Origin: Blochmannia endosymbiont of Camponotus modoc | GTDB lineage: Bacteria > Pseudomonadota > Gammaproteobacteria > Enterobacterales > Enterobacteriaceae | Length of the DNA stretch: 32,000 bases | Direction of reading: 5' to 3' | Assembly (NCBI RefSeq): GCF_023585785.1 | Contig: NZ_CP097765.1 | Coordinates: forward strand, 480,001-512,000 | Part shown: piece after piece, positions 21,220 to 30,963 of the stretch | Layout of the letters: every line of letters starts with the position of its first letter | How positions within the stretch are numbered: position 1 is the stretch's first letter | Made by a program: the position numbers and the translations under genes | Notes under the pieces: generated by a model | The model's input: the letters and a program-made list of their open reading frames with translations, nothing else | The model's database searches: none | What the model was told of the DNA's origin: nothing

Positions 21220-21535
21220 AAATAATTTCAGAAAAAACAACACTCATTCACATCATGTATTCAAAGATCTTCAAGCATAAGCCTCTATCTATAAATTATC
21301 ATTATTATAAAATTAAAAATTGAAATTAACATATGCTATAAGGCACTAAATACTAGACATCGCCATGTAGATCTATTAAAATTGATGAAAATATGAAGTT
21401 ATTATTATATTCAATTTTGATTCAACAAAATCCATATAAACATATTAAAATAATACTAAGAAAAATATAATATTTATTATATAACATAATCAAATAAATT
21501 TAGTTTTTATTATTAGTCCATTCAATACAATAATC

Positions 21536-22723
21536 ATGAGAAAATTTGAAACTACATTAATTACTTCTGGAAGGGATCAAAAATATACATACGGCGCAAT
21601 TAATCCTATTATCCAACGAACATCTTCAGTAGTATTCAATTCTATTCAGCAAAAACAGCAAGCCGTGAACAATCATAGTACGACTGATAAATTATTCTAT
21701 GGTCGATATGGAACTATTACCCATTTTTCCCTACGCCAATCAATGACTGAATTAGAAAATGGTGTTGGTTGCATACTATATCCATGCGGTACAGCAGCAA
21801 TTACTCATACGATCCTTTCTTTTGTCCAACCGGGAGACCATATATTAATGACAGGATCTGCATATGAACCAACTCAGAAATTCTGTCGATATGCTTTAAA
21901 AAGAATGAATATAGACACTACCTGGTTTGATCCATTAATTGGAAATAATATTTCTAATTTAATTCAGCATAATACTCGTTTAATTATATTAGAATCACCA
22001 GGGTCAATAACGATGGAGGTACAAAATGTTCCTAGCATCGTGAAAACAGTACGTAAAAAAAAATCAGATATTATCATATTATTAGACAATACTTGGTCAG
22101 CAGGGGTTTTTTTTAAAGCATTAGATATTGGAGTAGATGTTTCGATACAATCAGGTACTAAATACATCATAGGCCATTCTGATGGAATGATAGGAACTGC
22201 AGTTTCTAATGCACGTTGTTGGGATCAATTACAAGAACAATCTTACTTAATGGGGCAAATGGTTGATGCTGACACCGCTTACATGGCGTCACGTGGATTA
22301 CGAACTTTATATGTTAGATTAAAACAACATGAAGAGAATGGACTACATGTTGCTCATTGGTTAGCTCAACACCCAGCAATAGAACGAGTCAATCATCCCG
22401 CTTTATCTACATGCAAAGGACATAAATATTTTATAAGAGATTTTAGTGGATCTAGCGGATTATTTTCATTTATTCTAAAGAAACGTTTAAATAATTTACA
22501 ATTATCTAATTTTATTGATCATTTTAAATACTTTAAAATTGCATATTCCTGGGGCGGATTTGAATCTTTGATTTTAGTTAATCAAGTAGAAGAACTACGC
22601 CCTATACGTCCCTCCGGTACATTAGATTTTACAGGAACATTAGTTCGAATTCATGTGGGATTAGAACACCCTAGCGATTTGATCCATGATTTATCAGATG
22701 CTCTTAACCGCATAAATGCATAG
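21536..22723 (+). CDS. metC: cystathionine beta-lyase
   Basis: 395-aa ORF, the same length as E. coli MetC. The blocks include the PLP-lysine region SGTKYIIGHSD, YLMGQMVDADTAYMASRGLRTL and SWGGFESLIL. Confidence 0.94.
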   Translation: MRKFETTLITSGRDQKYTYGAINPIIQRTSSVVFNSIQQKQQAVNNHSTTDKLFYGRYGTITHFSLRQSMTELENGVGCILYPCGTAAITHTILSFVQPGDHILMTGSAYEPTQKFCRYALKRMNIDTTWFDPLIGNNISNLIQHNTRLIILESPGSITMEVQNVPSIVKTVRKKKSDIIILLDNTWSAGVFFKALDIGVDVSIQSGTKYIIGHSDGMIGTAVSNARCWDQLQEQSYLMGQMVDADTAYMASRGLRTLYVRLKQHEENGLHVAHWLAQHPAIERVNHPALSTCKGHKYFIRDFSGSSGLFSFILKKRLNNLQLSNFIDHFKYFKIAYSWGGFESLILVNQVEELRPIRPSGTLDFTGTLVRIHVGLEHPSDLIHDLSDALNRINA

Positions 22724-22894
22724 TGACATGACATAAATAATTTTAACATTTAAAAATATTTTTATCTTCATACATTAACTACAAGAGTATCTAATCAATG
22801 ATATTTGTACATGTACTCGTAATTTTTAGTTTTAGATATTCAAACTAACAAACGATTAAAAATTCTATCCACTCCAACACAGCTAAAAATTATT

Positions 22895-23653
22895 TTATAC
22901 ATGTGTTTTTAATGATCGAGATATCTGTGTTTCGTATTCAATTACTTCTTTATTTAATGAATCAATTTTCACTTTCATAATCTCATAACAATATTTAGTC
23001 ATGTCACGTACTTTATTAGGTTCGTATTTTTGAGTTTCTATAGGAGGCATAACTTCAATAATCACTAAACCATTAGACCAACGATTTAATTTTATTTTTT
23101 TATTAGAAATATTAGAAACACAAACAGGTACAATTGGTATTTGAGCTGCAATTGCAGCATGAAACGCACCAATTTTAAACGGTAATAATCCCCTACCGGC
23201 ACTACGTGTGCCTTCTGGAAAAACCCAAATAGAAATATCGCGCGTTTTAACAGATTTAGCCTTTTGTATTAAAATATTATGAGACCGAGTATTTTGACTA
23301 CGATTAATTAATATATTTCCACATAACCAATATAGTTGCCCAAAAAATGGAATCCACAGTAAATTTTTTTTACCTACTATTATTGTACGGGGTTTCACAG
23401 CACAAGATACTGTGATCATATCGTAATTATTTTGATGATTCGCAATATATATACAATGCCTCGGTAATTGATTACTTGATAAATTTCGTATTTTAAGTTG
23501 AATACCAAAAATAGGAGCCATACTTCCGAACAATCGACCAAAAAGAGCAGTGTGATATGACTGTCGCGGTCTTAATAAACAATAAATAATACCAAATATA
23601 CAAATATTAATTGACAATATCAAGACTAAAATAATACGTATAATGGCAAGCAT
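22895..23653 (-). CDS. plsC: 1-acyl-sn-glycerol-3-phosphate acyltransferase
   Basis: 252-aa ORF. The HX4D motif (NHQNNYD), FPEGTRS and LPFKIGAFHAAIAA are colinear with E. coli PlsC. Confidence 0.94.
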   Translation of the reverse strand: MLAIIRIILVLILSINICIFGIIYCLLRPRQSYHTALFGRLFGSMAPIFGIQLKIRNLSSNQLPRHCIYIANHQNNYDMITVSCAVKPRTIIVGKKNLLWIPFFGQLYWLCGNILINRSQNTRSHNILIQKAKSVKTRDISIWVFPEGTRSAGRGLLPFKIGAFHAAIAAQIPIVPVCVSNISNKKIKLNRWSNGLVIIEVMPPIETQKYEPNKVRDMTKYCYEIMKVKIDSLNKEVIEYETQISRSLKTHV

Positions 23654-23987
23654 ATTTTCTCCTTGAACATATCGCTAAGAACTTGTTATTAAAAAAAATT
23701 ATATAATCATTGTATTTATGTTTAATAAGACAACATCATTTCTTATAGCTAATATTTTCAGAACAATTATTAAATTATAATAATTTCAGTCAAAAACACT
23801 ATCCTGATTAGAATATATAAATTTTATTCACATAAAATGTTGTCATATAAATATGTTATTGAAATATATTCAAAAACTACAGAATAAAACACAATCATTA
23901 TTGATGATATTTAATTATATAATTTTCTTCATGCAATATATTTAAAATATTCTTAAAACTTTATTACTTAATGGACAATGATTTTCA

Positions 23988-24632
23988 TTAAGTCATATGA
24001 ATACGATAAGTTATTAAATCTGAAATAGTTAAAACTGGCATTCTGTGTCTACGTGCAAACGCAATTATTTCTAATATACGCGCCATACTTCCATCTTCAT
24101 TTGTTACTTCGCATAATACCCCAAATGGTCTTAATCCAGCTAATGAGGTTAAATCAATAGCTGCTTCTGTATGACCAAAACGAGCTAATACTCCCCCATT
24201 TTGAGCACGTAAGGGAAACACATGTCCAGGACGATTTAAATCAGAAGGCTTTGCACTATCTTCTATAGAAGCTCTAATAGTAGTTAATCGATCTGCAGCT
24301 GAAACTCCAGTAGTTATACCGTTTGCTGCTTCTATACTAACAGTAAAAGCAGTTCTATAACGATTACTATTATTCTTCACCATCATTGTTAAATTTAATT
24401 GTTTGCATCGATCCTCTGTCAAGCACAAACAAACTATCCCACTGCCATAACGAATAGCTAATGCCATTTGTTCAACTGTCATATTTTCTGCAGCAAATAT
24501 CATATCACCTTCATTCTCACGATTTTCATCATCCATTACTAAAATGCCCCGTCCATTGCGTAACGCTTTTAACGCATTTTGGACACGCTCTACAGGCGAT
24601 CCAAATTCAGACAAAGCATTCCTCCGGTGCAT
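23988..24632 (-). CDS. ribB: 3,4-dihydroxy-2-butanone-4-phosphate synthase
   Basis: The ORF is open to 24659. The ATG at 24632 ([17 protein letters not shown]...) aligns with the E. coli RibB N-terminus and has GAGGA 10 nt upstream. The block [16 protein letters not shown]...[16 protein letters not shown] is typical of RibB. Confidence 0.93.
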   Translation of the reverse strand: MHRRNALSEFGSPVERVQNALKALRNGRGILVMDDENRENEGDMIFAAENMTVEQMALAIRYGSGIVCLCLTEDRCKQLNLTMMVKNNSNRYRTAFTVSIEAANGITTGVSAADRLTTIRASIEDSAKPSDLNRPGHVFPLRAQNGGVLARFGHTEAAIDLTSLAGLRPFGVLCEVTNEDGSMARILEIIAFARRHRMPVLTISDLITYRIHMT

Positions 24633-24713
24633 GATAATTAAATCCTCACTAAATACCATAATTTATTGCAATAAGAATACGATTCAAACTACAAAATAAA
24701 AGTACAATTTTAA

Positions 24714-24737
24714 TAAATCGAATATATATTCGATTTA
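24714..24737 (-). repeat. perfect 24-bp palindrome in the ribB leader (possible expression-platform or terminator hairpin)
   Basis: TAAATCGAATAT/ATATTCGATTTA was checked pair by pair. It lies between the FMN-element-like segment and the ribB Shine-Dalgarno. On the minus strand it is followed by the A/T-rich sequence TTAAAATTGTACTTTTATTTT. Confidence 0.4.
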
Positions 24738-24740
24738 AAT

Positions 24741-24800
24741 CTATATCTCCATCCCTCATTTAGACTATCGCCCGCTAGTATTTAGATTATATCAAATCAT
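24741..24800 (-). promoter_or_regulatory. FMN riboswitch (RFN element)-like segment, 3' half only, possibly degenerate
   Basis: The minus strand reads GATTTGATATAATCTAAATACTAGCGGGCGATAGTCTAAATGAGGGATGGAGATATAG. Compare the conserved RFN 3' half GGATTCAGTGAAATTCTGAAGCCGACAGT-ATAGTCTGGATGGGAGAAG. It sits in the position where E. coli ribB carries its FMN riboswitch. I could not find a convincing 5' half (GGGCAGGGTGAAATTCCC...CCGGCGGTA). Confidence 0.35.
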
Positions 24801-25481
24801 CTTCATAAAATCGTACTGATAATACTGTCAAATTCATATTTTTATGATTAAATGTAACTTGTATGCACTAAACCATTTTTACTCTGTATACATAGACACT
24901 ATGTATACAAAACTTGTCACATCTGATATGTTTCAATAAATCAAAATTTATATTAAAACACTATTTATTATGAGTAATACTACATATATTAAAATAATTA
25001 ATAACATTGATATATTAATTTTGAAAATCAAAAAATTTGATTTCATTCATATGAATTTATTCTAAACATTATTTAAAATATTACATATAATTTAAATAGA
25101 AGTATCTCGAAATTATTATAATATTAGATGAGTAAATACGAATTATAGAGAATCAAAATAATTTTATGTACCTACATAATATTATTGCAAACCATAATAA
25201 AAACGAAACAATTATAAAAATTATAAAATATTACAAACCAATATAAACACAAATTAAAACCGTCAAATATATTAATAAAAAGGATAAAACAACTCTCTTT
25301 TAACTACATTGTCATAAATAGAATAATTATATTAACTTCCGTATCATATCAACAATACATTTATGCCTTACTCATATCCGAGGATTGCCCACTCACGCGC
25401 GCATCTCATGACCTAAATATTCTTTATATTTTAAGATCATACTAAAAATACATATTTAAGATAAATTACCGTACATTCTTT

Positions 25482-26915
25482 TCAATTTTTACGTTTAATA
25501 GCATTAATAATATTGCTGCTAGAACAACCAGTTTGAAAATTTAACACACGAACTGTTCCTCCACTATTCAGCACTCCTTGACTTCCCTCGATATCACATA
25601 CATGATAATCACCGCCTTTTACCAAAAAATCTGGAGACAAGTATGCAACTAATCTTGAGGGTGTATCCTCATAAAAAGGCACCACCCAATCTACAACTGC
25701 TAGAGCAGCTAATATAAACATACGTTGTTCTAAAGTATTTATAGGTCTTGTTTTACCTTTTAAACGTCTCGTTGAGCCATCACTGTTTACGGCCACAATT
25801 AATCTGTCTCCAAGTTTTTTAGCATTAGTCAAATAACTTACATGACCAGAATGCAATATATCGAAGACACCATTAGTCATAACTATTTTTTCACCTCTAT
25901 TACGAACTACAGATATTGTCTGTTTTAACGTTTTCTCATCTAATATACCGACAGGCAAAGTAGTACATATATGACTATTCATGATATTTTTCATTTCAGT
26001 TACATTGCTAGTAGAAGTCCCAGATTTTTTTATTACCGCGCTGGCGGCCAAATTAGCTAAAAAACATGCTTTTTCCAAACTTTTACCAGAAGACAATGCT
26101 GCTGACAACACACCAACTACTGTGTCCCCAGCACCAGTTACATTGTATACTTCCTTTGTCTGCGTTGAAAAATATAACGGAGCTGCATATCGTGTGCATA
26201 AAGTCATACCCATTTCAGAGCGTGTAATCAATAAGGCTGATAAATTATAATCAATTATAATTTCTTGAGCTCGATTTATCAAAATTTTTTCATTACGACA
26301 AGATCCTACTATCGATTCAAATTCTGATATATTAGGAGTTAATAAAGTAGCGCCTTTATAACGGGAAAATTGTATACCTTTAGGGTCTACGATAACCGGT
26401 ACATTCATATAACGTGCCAATTTAATAATCTCTTCTATGCAGTTTAAAGAACCCTTGGCATAATCAGACAACACCAATACCTTATATTTTGGTAAATACA
26501 ATTCCACTTGTTCAAGTAATTTCGTGGTATCAACATTATTAAAATATTGTTCAAAATCTAATCTAATAAGTTGTTGATTACGTGACATTACTCGTAATTT
26601 AATTATAGTAGGACATGTTCTAACTGAGATAAAATTCCATTTTATATTTGATTCGTTAAGTTGCTTTTTTAAAATTTTGGCTGCTTCATCAACTCCAGTT
26701 AATCCTAATAATCTTGATCGAGCACCTAAAGAAGCAATATTCATTGCAACATTGGCAGCTCCACCTGGTCGATCTATAACTTTATTGATCTTAACAATTG
26801 GAACAGGTGCTTCTGGGGAAATCTTATCGGTAGACCCATACCAATATCGGTCTAACATAACATCCCCTACAATTAATACACTCGATTTAGAAAAATTTGG
26901 AAAAATAACAGTCAT
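25482..26915 (-). CDS. hldE: bifunctional D-beta-D-heptose 7-phosphate kinase / heptose 1-phosphate adenylyltransferase
   Basis: 477-aa ORF, the same length as E. coli HldE. The blocks [35 protein letters not shown] and [17 protein letters not shown] match. Confidence 0.95.
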   Translation of the reverse strand: MTVIFPNFSKSSVLIVGDVMLDRYWYGSTDKISPEAPVPIVKINKVIDRPGGAANVAMNIASLGARSRLLGLTGVDEAAKILKKQLNESNIKWNFISVRTCPTIIKLRVMSRNQQLIRLDFEQYFNNVDTTKLLEQVELYLPKYKVLVLSDYAKGSLNCIEEIIKLARYMNVPVIVDPKGIQFSRYKGATLLTPNISEFESIVGSCRNEKILINRAQEIIIDYNLSALLITRSEMGMTLCTRYAAPLYFSTQTKEVYNVTGAGDTVVGVLSAALSSGKSLEKACFLANLAASAVIKKSGTSTSNVTEMKNIMNSHICTTLPVGILDEKTLKQTISVVRNRGEKIVMTNGVFDILHSGHVSYLTNAKKLGDRLIVAVNSDGSTRRLKGKTRPINTLEQRMFILAALAVVDWVVPFYEDTPSRLVAYLSPDFLVKGGDYHVCDIEGSQGVLNSGGTVRVLNFQTGCSSSNIINAIKRKN

Positions 26916-27363
26916 AATTTACCCAATAAACACCTTGAACAAATAAAAACATAGTTGATTATACATTAATAACAATTAAAATTATTAATAAATTAAATTA
27001 TTTTGTAAGCAATAAAAATCATAATACAAACAACTCTAATGCATTTATTAACGCTGTTTAAAATACAACTTAATTTATATTTTCAAAAAATTAAGAATAA
27101 TATTCTGTCTTAGACTACAATCCATATTGATGCTTTATGTATGAAATTATCTGTACTATATGTAACTTGATGTATCAATTAATTAATTGAATTGATTAAT
27201 TACTACCAAAATAATTGTTTAAAAATTTTTATTTAATATAATTAATAAAAACAAAAAAATCACTATATTTTATTTTTAAAATTATATTCTATATGAAATA
27301 GTTTTCATTTTTAATTAATCAATAGCATTTTAATATGCAAATCATTTGATTGAGAATTGCTCA

Positions 27364-28590
27364 ATGGAAAAATATTTAGTGGGTGGCGCTGTACGAGACA
27401 CATTATTAAAACTACCAATTCAAGAAAAAGATTGGGTAATAGTAGGATCTAGTCCTCAAGAAATGTTAAATATAGGCTATGAACAAGTCGGAAAAGATTT
27501 TCCGGTATTCTTACACCCAGAAAGCCATGAAGAATATGCATTGGCACGCACTGAACGAAAATCTGGTCGAGGATATACTGGATTTACTTGTTATACAGCC
27601 CCTTCAATTACTATTGAAGAAGATCTATATCGTAGAGATTTAACTATTAATGCTATGGCTTATGACTCACACGGAAATCTTGTTGATCCATATCACGGAC
27701 AACGAGATATAAAATTACGACTGTTACGGCATGTTTCTCATACATTTCATGAGGATCCCCTACGAGTATTAAGAGTCGCTCGCTTTGCTGCACGATTCGC
27801 ACATATAAATTTTACTATAGCTCCAGAAACACTAATATTAATGAAACAAATGATTCATGAATTACTATCGTTATCTCCAGAACGTATATGGACAGAAACA
27901 AAAAAAGCTTTGATGACAGATAATCCACAAGTATATTTTACGGTCTTACGGCATTGCGGAGCCTTAAAGATTTTATTTCCTGAATTAGATGCATTATTTG
28001 ATATACCTACTCCAACCCAATATTGCACAAAAATTAACACTGGTTGTTATGCCATGACAACGCTTTCAAAAGCTGCTTACTTAACAGATGATATCAATGT
28101 ACGTTTTTCTGTTCTATGTCGTGATTTAGGAAAAGGAATCCCTCTTAATAAAAAAAACAAAGATATCAAACATCATGATCACAGAAAATTAGGGATTACT
28201 TTAATTCACGATTTATGCAATAGATTCAAAATACCACATGAAATTCGTAATTTTTCAAAAATTACCTCAGAATATCACGACTATTTATATAACGTAAAAA
28301 TATTGGAACCTAAAATGCTAATGACCTTATTTCATGTTTTTGATTGTTGGCGCCGCCCAAGCAGAATAGATCAAATTATTTTGGTTAGTCAATCCAATAC
28401 AATAAGATGGGAGAATTATAACAATTATTCACTTAATCAAGAAAATTTACTACGCACAGCCTTTACCATTACTAAAAAAATTTCCACTGCAGACATTATT
28501 AAAGATGGATTCACCGGATCAAACATAAATAAGGAATTATACGCCAGACGTTTACATGCTTTAAATTCATGGAAAAATAAACAAATATAA
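27364..28590 (+). CDS. cca: CCA-adding tRNA nucleotidyltransferase (HD-domain histidines substituted)
   Basis: The ORF track starts at the TTG at 27346. The ATG at 27364 gives MEKYLVGGAVRD, matching E. coli MKIYLVGGAVRD. The head-domain blocks GRDFPVFLHP-like, RRDLTINA and EDPLRVLRVARFAARF are conserved. Confidence 0.93.
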   Translation: MEKYLVGGAVRDTLLKLPIQEKDWVIVGSSPQEMLNIGYEQVGKDFPVFLHPESHEEYALARTERKSGRGYTGFTCYTAPSITIEEDLYRRDLTINAMAYDSHGNLVDPYHGQRDIKLRLLRHVSHTFHEDPLRVLRVARFAARFAHINFTIAPETLILMKQMIHELLSLSPERIWTETKKALMTDNPQVYFTVLRHCGALKILFPELDALFDIPTPTQYCTKINTGCYAMTTLSKAAYLTDDINVRFSVLCRDLGKGIPLNKKNKDIKHHDHRKLGITLIHDLCNRFKIPHEIRNFSKITSEYHDYLYNVKILEPKMLMTLFHVFDCWRRPSRIDQIILVSQSNTIRWENYNNYSLNQENLLRTAFTITKKISTADIIKDGFTGSNINKELYARRLHALNSWKNKQI

Positions 28591-28856
28591 AAATATGTAT
28601 ATACAAAATTTAAAAGCACTATAAATAATCAAATAACTTAAAACAAACATGCATAACTAAAAACAAACTACAAACACATATAATAGCTACTTTTAATGGT
28701 ATTAAATTTATATACAAAAAAATAATGTTTTTATATGAATCACAACAATAATTACTATTATGACAGTAATTCTATTATTTAATACTCAACACAAAGCACA
28801 TTAATCAATACGGATATCTAATAATTTTAAATTTTAATCAAACACATCAACATAAA

Positions 28857-29759
28857 TCATGTCATTAACCCCCAATAAATACCCCCTGCTAATAAAAATC
28901 GATATATAGCAAAAGGAATTAAAGAAACATTTTGAACTATTTTCAAAAAATATCTTACAGTAAATAATGCTATAAAAAATGCTATGGCACTACCCACTAT
29001 CAACAACAAAGCATCCATGAGACCAATACAAGATCTATAATGATATAAGGTTAATACCGCAGAACCAAATATAATAGGCACCGCTAAAAAAAATGAAAAC
29101 TCTGATGATATACGCCGATTCAGCCCAACTACTAATCCGCCTCCGATAGTAGCACCAGCACGAGAAAATCCCGGCCAAAAAGATAAACATTGAAAACACC
29201 CAATTAAAAAAGCTTGCAAATAAGTTATATTATTGATATGTGATACACGTGGTTCTTTAGTAGATACACATAATTCTCCAACTAATAAAAAAATTCCTCC
29301 AATTATCAATCCATACATAATATATGTTAACTCAAAAATCAATCCAATTTTTTCGTAAAAAATCATACCTAGCATTATTCCGGGAAACGTCCCTAAAAAT
29401 ATATGCCGAATACATAAATGATTACTATCATCATCATGTTGTTTAAAAAATATTTTTTTTGTACAAATCATACTCATACCATATAATTGATTCCAAAAAA
29501 TTTTTGTTATAGACAAAATAGCACCTAATTGAATAATCACAGTAAAAGCTATGACCGAATCATCCATGCAATTTAAAATATTTTCTACTAATATCATATG
29601 CCCTGTTGAAGAAATAGGAAGAAATTCTGTTAAACCTTCTACTATCCCCAAAATCAGTGAAACAGCTAATCTACGTACATCTAATATTAATGATCCAAAA
29701 TCAATAACATAAACTATAATATTTAACGTAATATAAATCATTGACATATGCACTGCCAC
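28857..29759 (-). CDS. uppP: undecaprenyl-diphosphate phosphatase
   Basis: 300-aa ORF with GTG at 29759; alternative ATGs lie at 29747 and 29741. The blocks VEGLTEFLPISSTGHM and WPGFSRAGATI are colinear with E. coli UppP/BacA. It carries a hydrophobic N-terminal extension of about 25 aa relative to E. coli. Confidence 0.9.
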   Translation of the reverse strand: MAVHMSMIYITLNIIVYVIDFGSLILDVRRLAVSLILGIVEGLTEFLPISSTGHMILVENILNCMDDSVIAFTVIIQLGAILSITKIFWNQLYGMSMICTKKIFFKQHDDDSNHLCIRHIFLGTFPGIMLGMIFYEKIGLIFELTYIMYGLIIGGIFLLVGELCVSTKEPRVSHINNITYLQAFLIGCFQCLSFWPGFSRAGATIGGGLVVGLNRRISSEFSFFLAVPIIFGSAVLTLYHYRSCIGLMDALLLIVGSAIAFFIALFTVRYFLKIVQNVSLIPFAIYRFLLAGGIYWGLMT

Positions 29760-29835
29760 GTTATTACATTGATATGTAAGAATAATTATACTTATTTAAA
29801 AATTTTCTTATTTTACAGATACATCCATATACTTC

Positions 29836-30228
29836 TCAACAAACTAACTCTTTTTTTAAAGACTTGAGAAGCGTTTTATTCTTTCGTTCAACACATATAC
29901 CAACATTACAAGCATTATGAATTGCACCAGGTTTATTCACTTTTACACGAACCCAGTAAATACAAAATTTTTTTATTAATGTGTTTGCTATTAAATTAGC
30001 AACATCTTCTATTAAGTAAAAATGTTTCTGGCTCACTAAACTAAGTATGACTTGATTTACATGAGTATAATCGATATAAGACACTATACTTTGATGATCT
30101 GCAAAAAATTCAGTATCACATGACAATTGCAAATCGAAAATTAATTTTTGCAAACAATTTTTTTCCCAATCATTTATACCGATATACGCCATTACTGTTA
30201 GTCGCTCGATAAATAAGATATCCATCAT
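29836..30228 (-). CDS. folB: dihydroneopterin aldolase
   Basis: 130-aa ORF. MMDILFIERLTV..IGINDWEK....KPGAI..A.NVGI is colinear with E. coli FolB (MDIVFIEQLSV...). It sits next to uppP and plsY as in E. coli. Confidence 0.9.
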   Translation of the reverse strand: MMDILFIERLTVMAYIGINDWEKNCLQKLIFDLQLSCDTEFFADHQSIVSYIDYTHVNQVILSLVSQKHFYLIEDVANLIANTLIKKFCIYWVRVKVNKPGAIHNACNVGICVERKNKTLLKSLKKELVC

Positions 30229-30350
30229 ATATTATATTTTTAATTACATAAAAAATTATTTATTTAAATGATATTGACTGTTTAATATACACACATATAC
30301 ATATAAAATATATGTAATAATTGCTATTTAATCTCAATAAATTAATTATT

Positions 30351-30938
30351 ATGATTTTTTTTTCTATTCTAATAACGATATTTGCTTATTTTTTAGGGTC
30401 AATATCTAGCGCTATTTTAATATGCAAAATATTGCGTTTTCCAGACCCAAGAAATTTTGGCTCTAAAAATCCCGGTGCTACCAATATTTTACGTATCGCA
30501 GGGCTTAAAATTGCAATTAGTGTGATTTTGTTTGATATATTAAAAGGAGCAATTCCAATGTGGTTAGGATATCATTTGAAAATTTCACCTATTTTTTTAG
30601 GAACTACGGCTATTTTTTCCTGTATGGGACACATGTATCCCATATTTTTTAAATTTTATGGAGGAAAAGGTGTAGCTACCGCATTTGGAGTACTTACAAC
30701 CATAGACCTTAATCTTTCTATAGTCATGATCAGTTCCTGGGCATTGACTGTGCTATCTTTTGGATATTCCTCACTGGGAGCCATCGTTACTGCGTTCATT
30801 ATACCTTGTTATGCTTGGTATTTTCAATCTCAATATTTACTCCCAATAATCATAATATCTTCTTTAGTTGTAATAAAGCATGCATCTAATATTAAACGAT
30901 TATGGCATCACAAAGAAACCCGTATTTGGCGTAATTAA
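30351..30938 (+). CDS. plsY: glycerol-3-phosphate acyltransferase PlsY
   Basis: The ORF track starts at the TTG at 30321. The ATG at 30351 gives the same N-terminal spacing to the YFLGSISSAIL motif as in E. coli PlsY. The blocks NPGATNILR and GGKGVATAFG are present. Confidence 0.92.
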   Translation: MIFFSILITIFAYFLGSISSAILICKILRFPDPRNFGSKNPGATNILRIAGLKIAISVILFDILKGAIPMWLGYHLKISPIFLGTTAIFSCMGHMYPIFFKFYGGKGVATAFGVLTTIDLNLSIVMISSWALTVLSFGYSSLGAIVTAFIIPCYAWYFQSQYLLPIIIISSLVVIKHASNIKRLWHHKETRIWRN

Positions 30939-30963
30939 CATAAAAATATTACTAATACGTAAA

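Noticed and set aside
21251-21280. Minus-strand CTTGAAGATCTTTGAATACATGATG, resembling the -35 half of the groES sigma-32 promoter
   Set aside because: The -10 position reads TGATGTGA, not CCCCATNT, so this is not a credible sigma-32 promoter as it stands. It is mentioned only as context for the orphan hairpin at 21180-21219 and could be a decayed promoter relic or chance.
21355-21375. MetJ-box-like sequences (AGACATCG ... TAGATCTA) upstream of metC
   Set aside because: They match the AGACGTCT consensus at only 5-6 of 8 positions. They are not arranged as contiguous 8-bp tandem boxes (the offset is 14 bp) and lie about 170 bp from the start codon. The presence of metJ is unknown.
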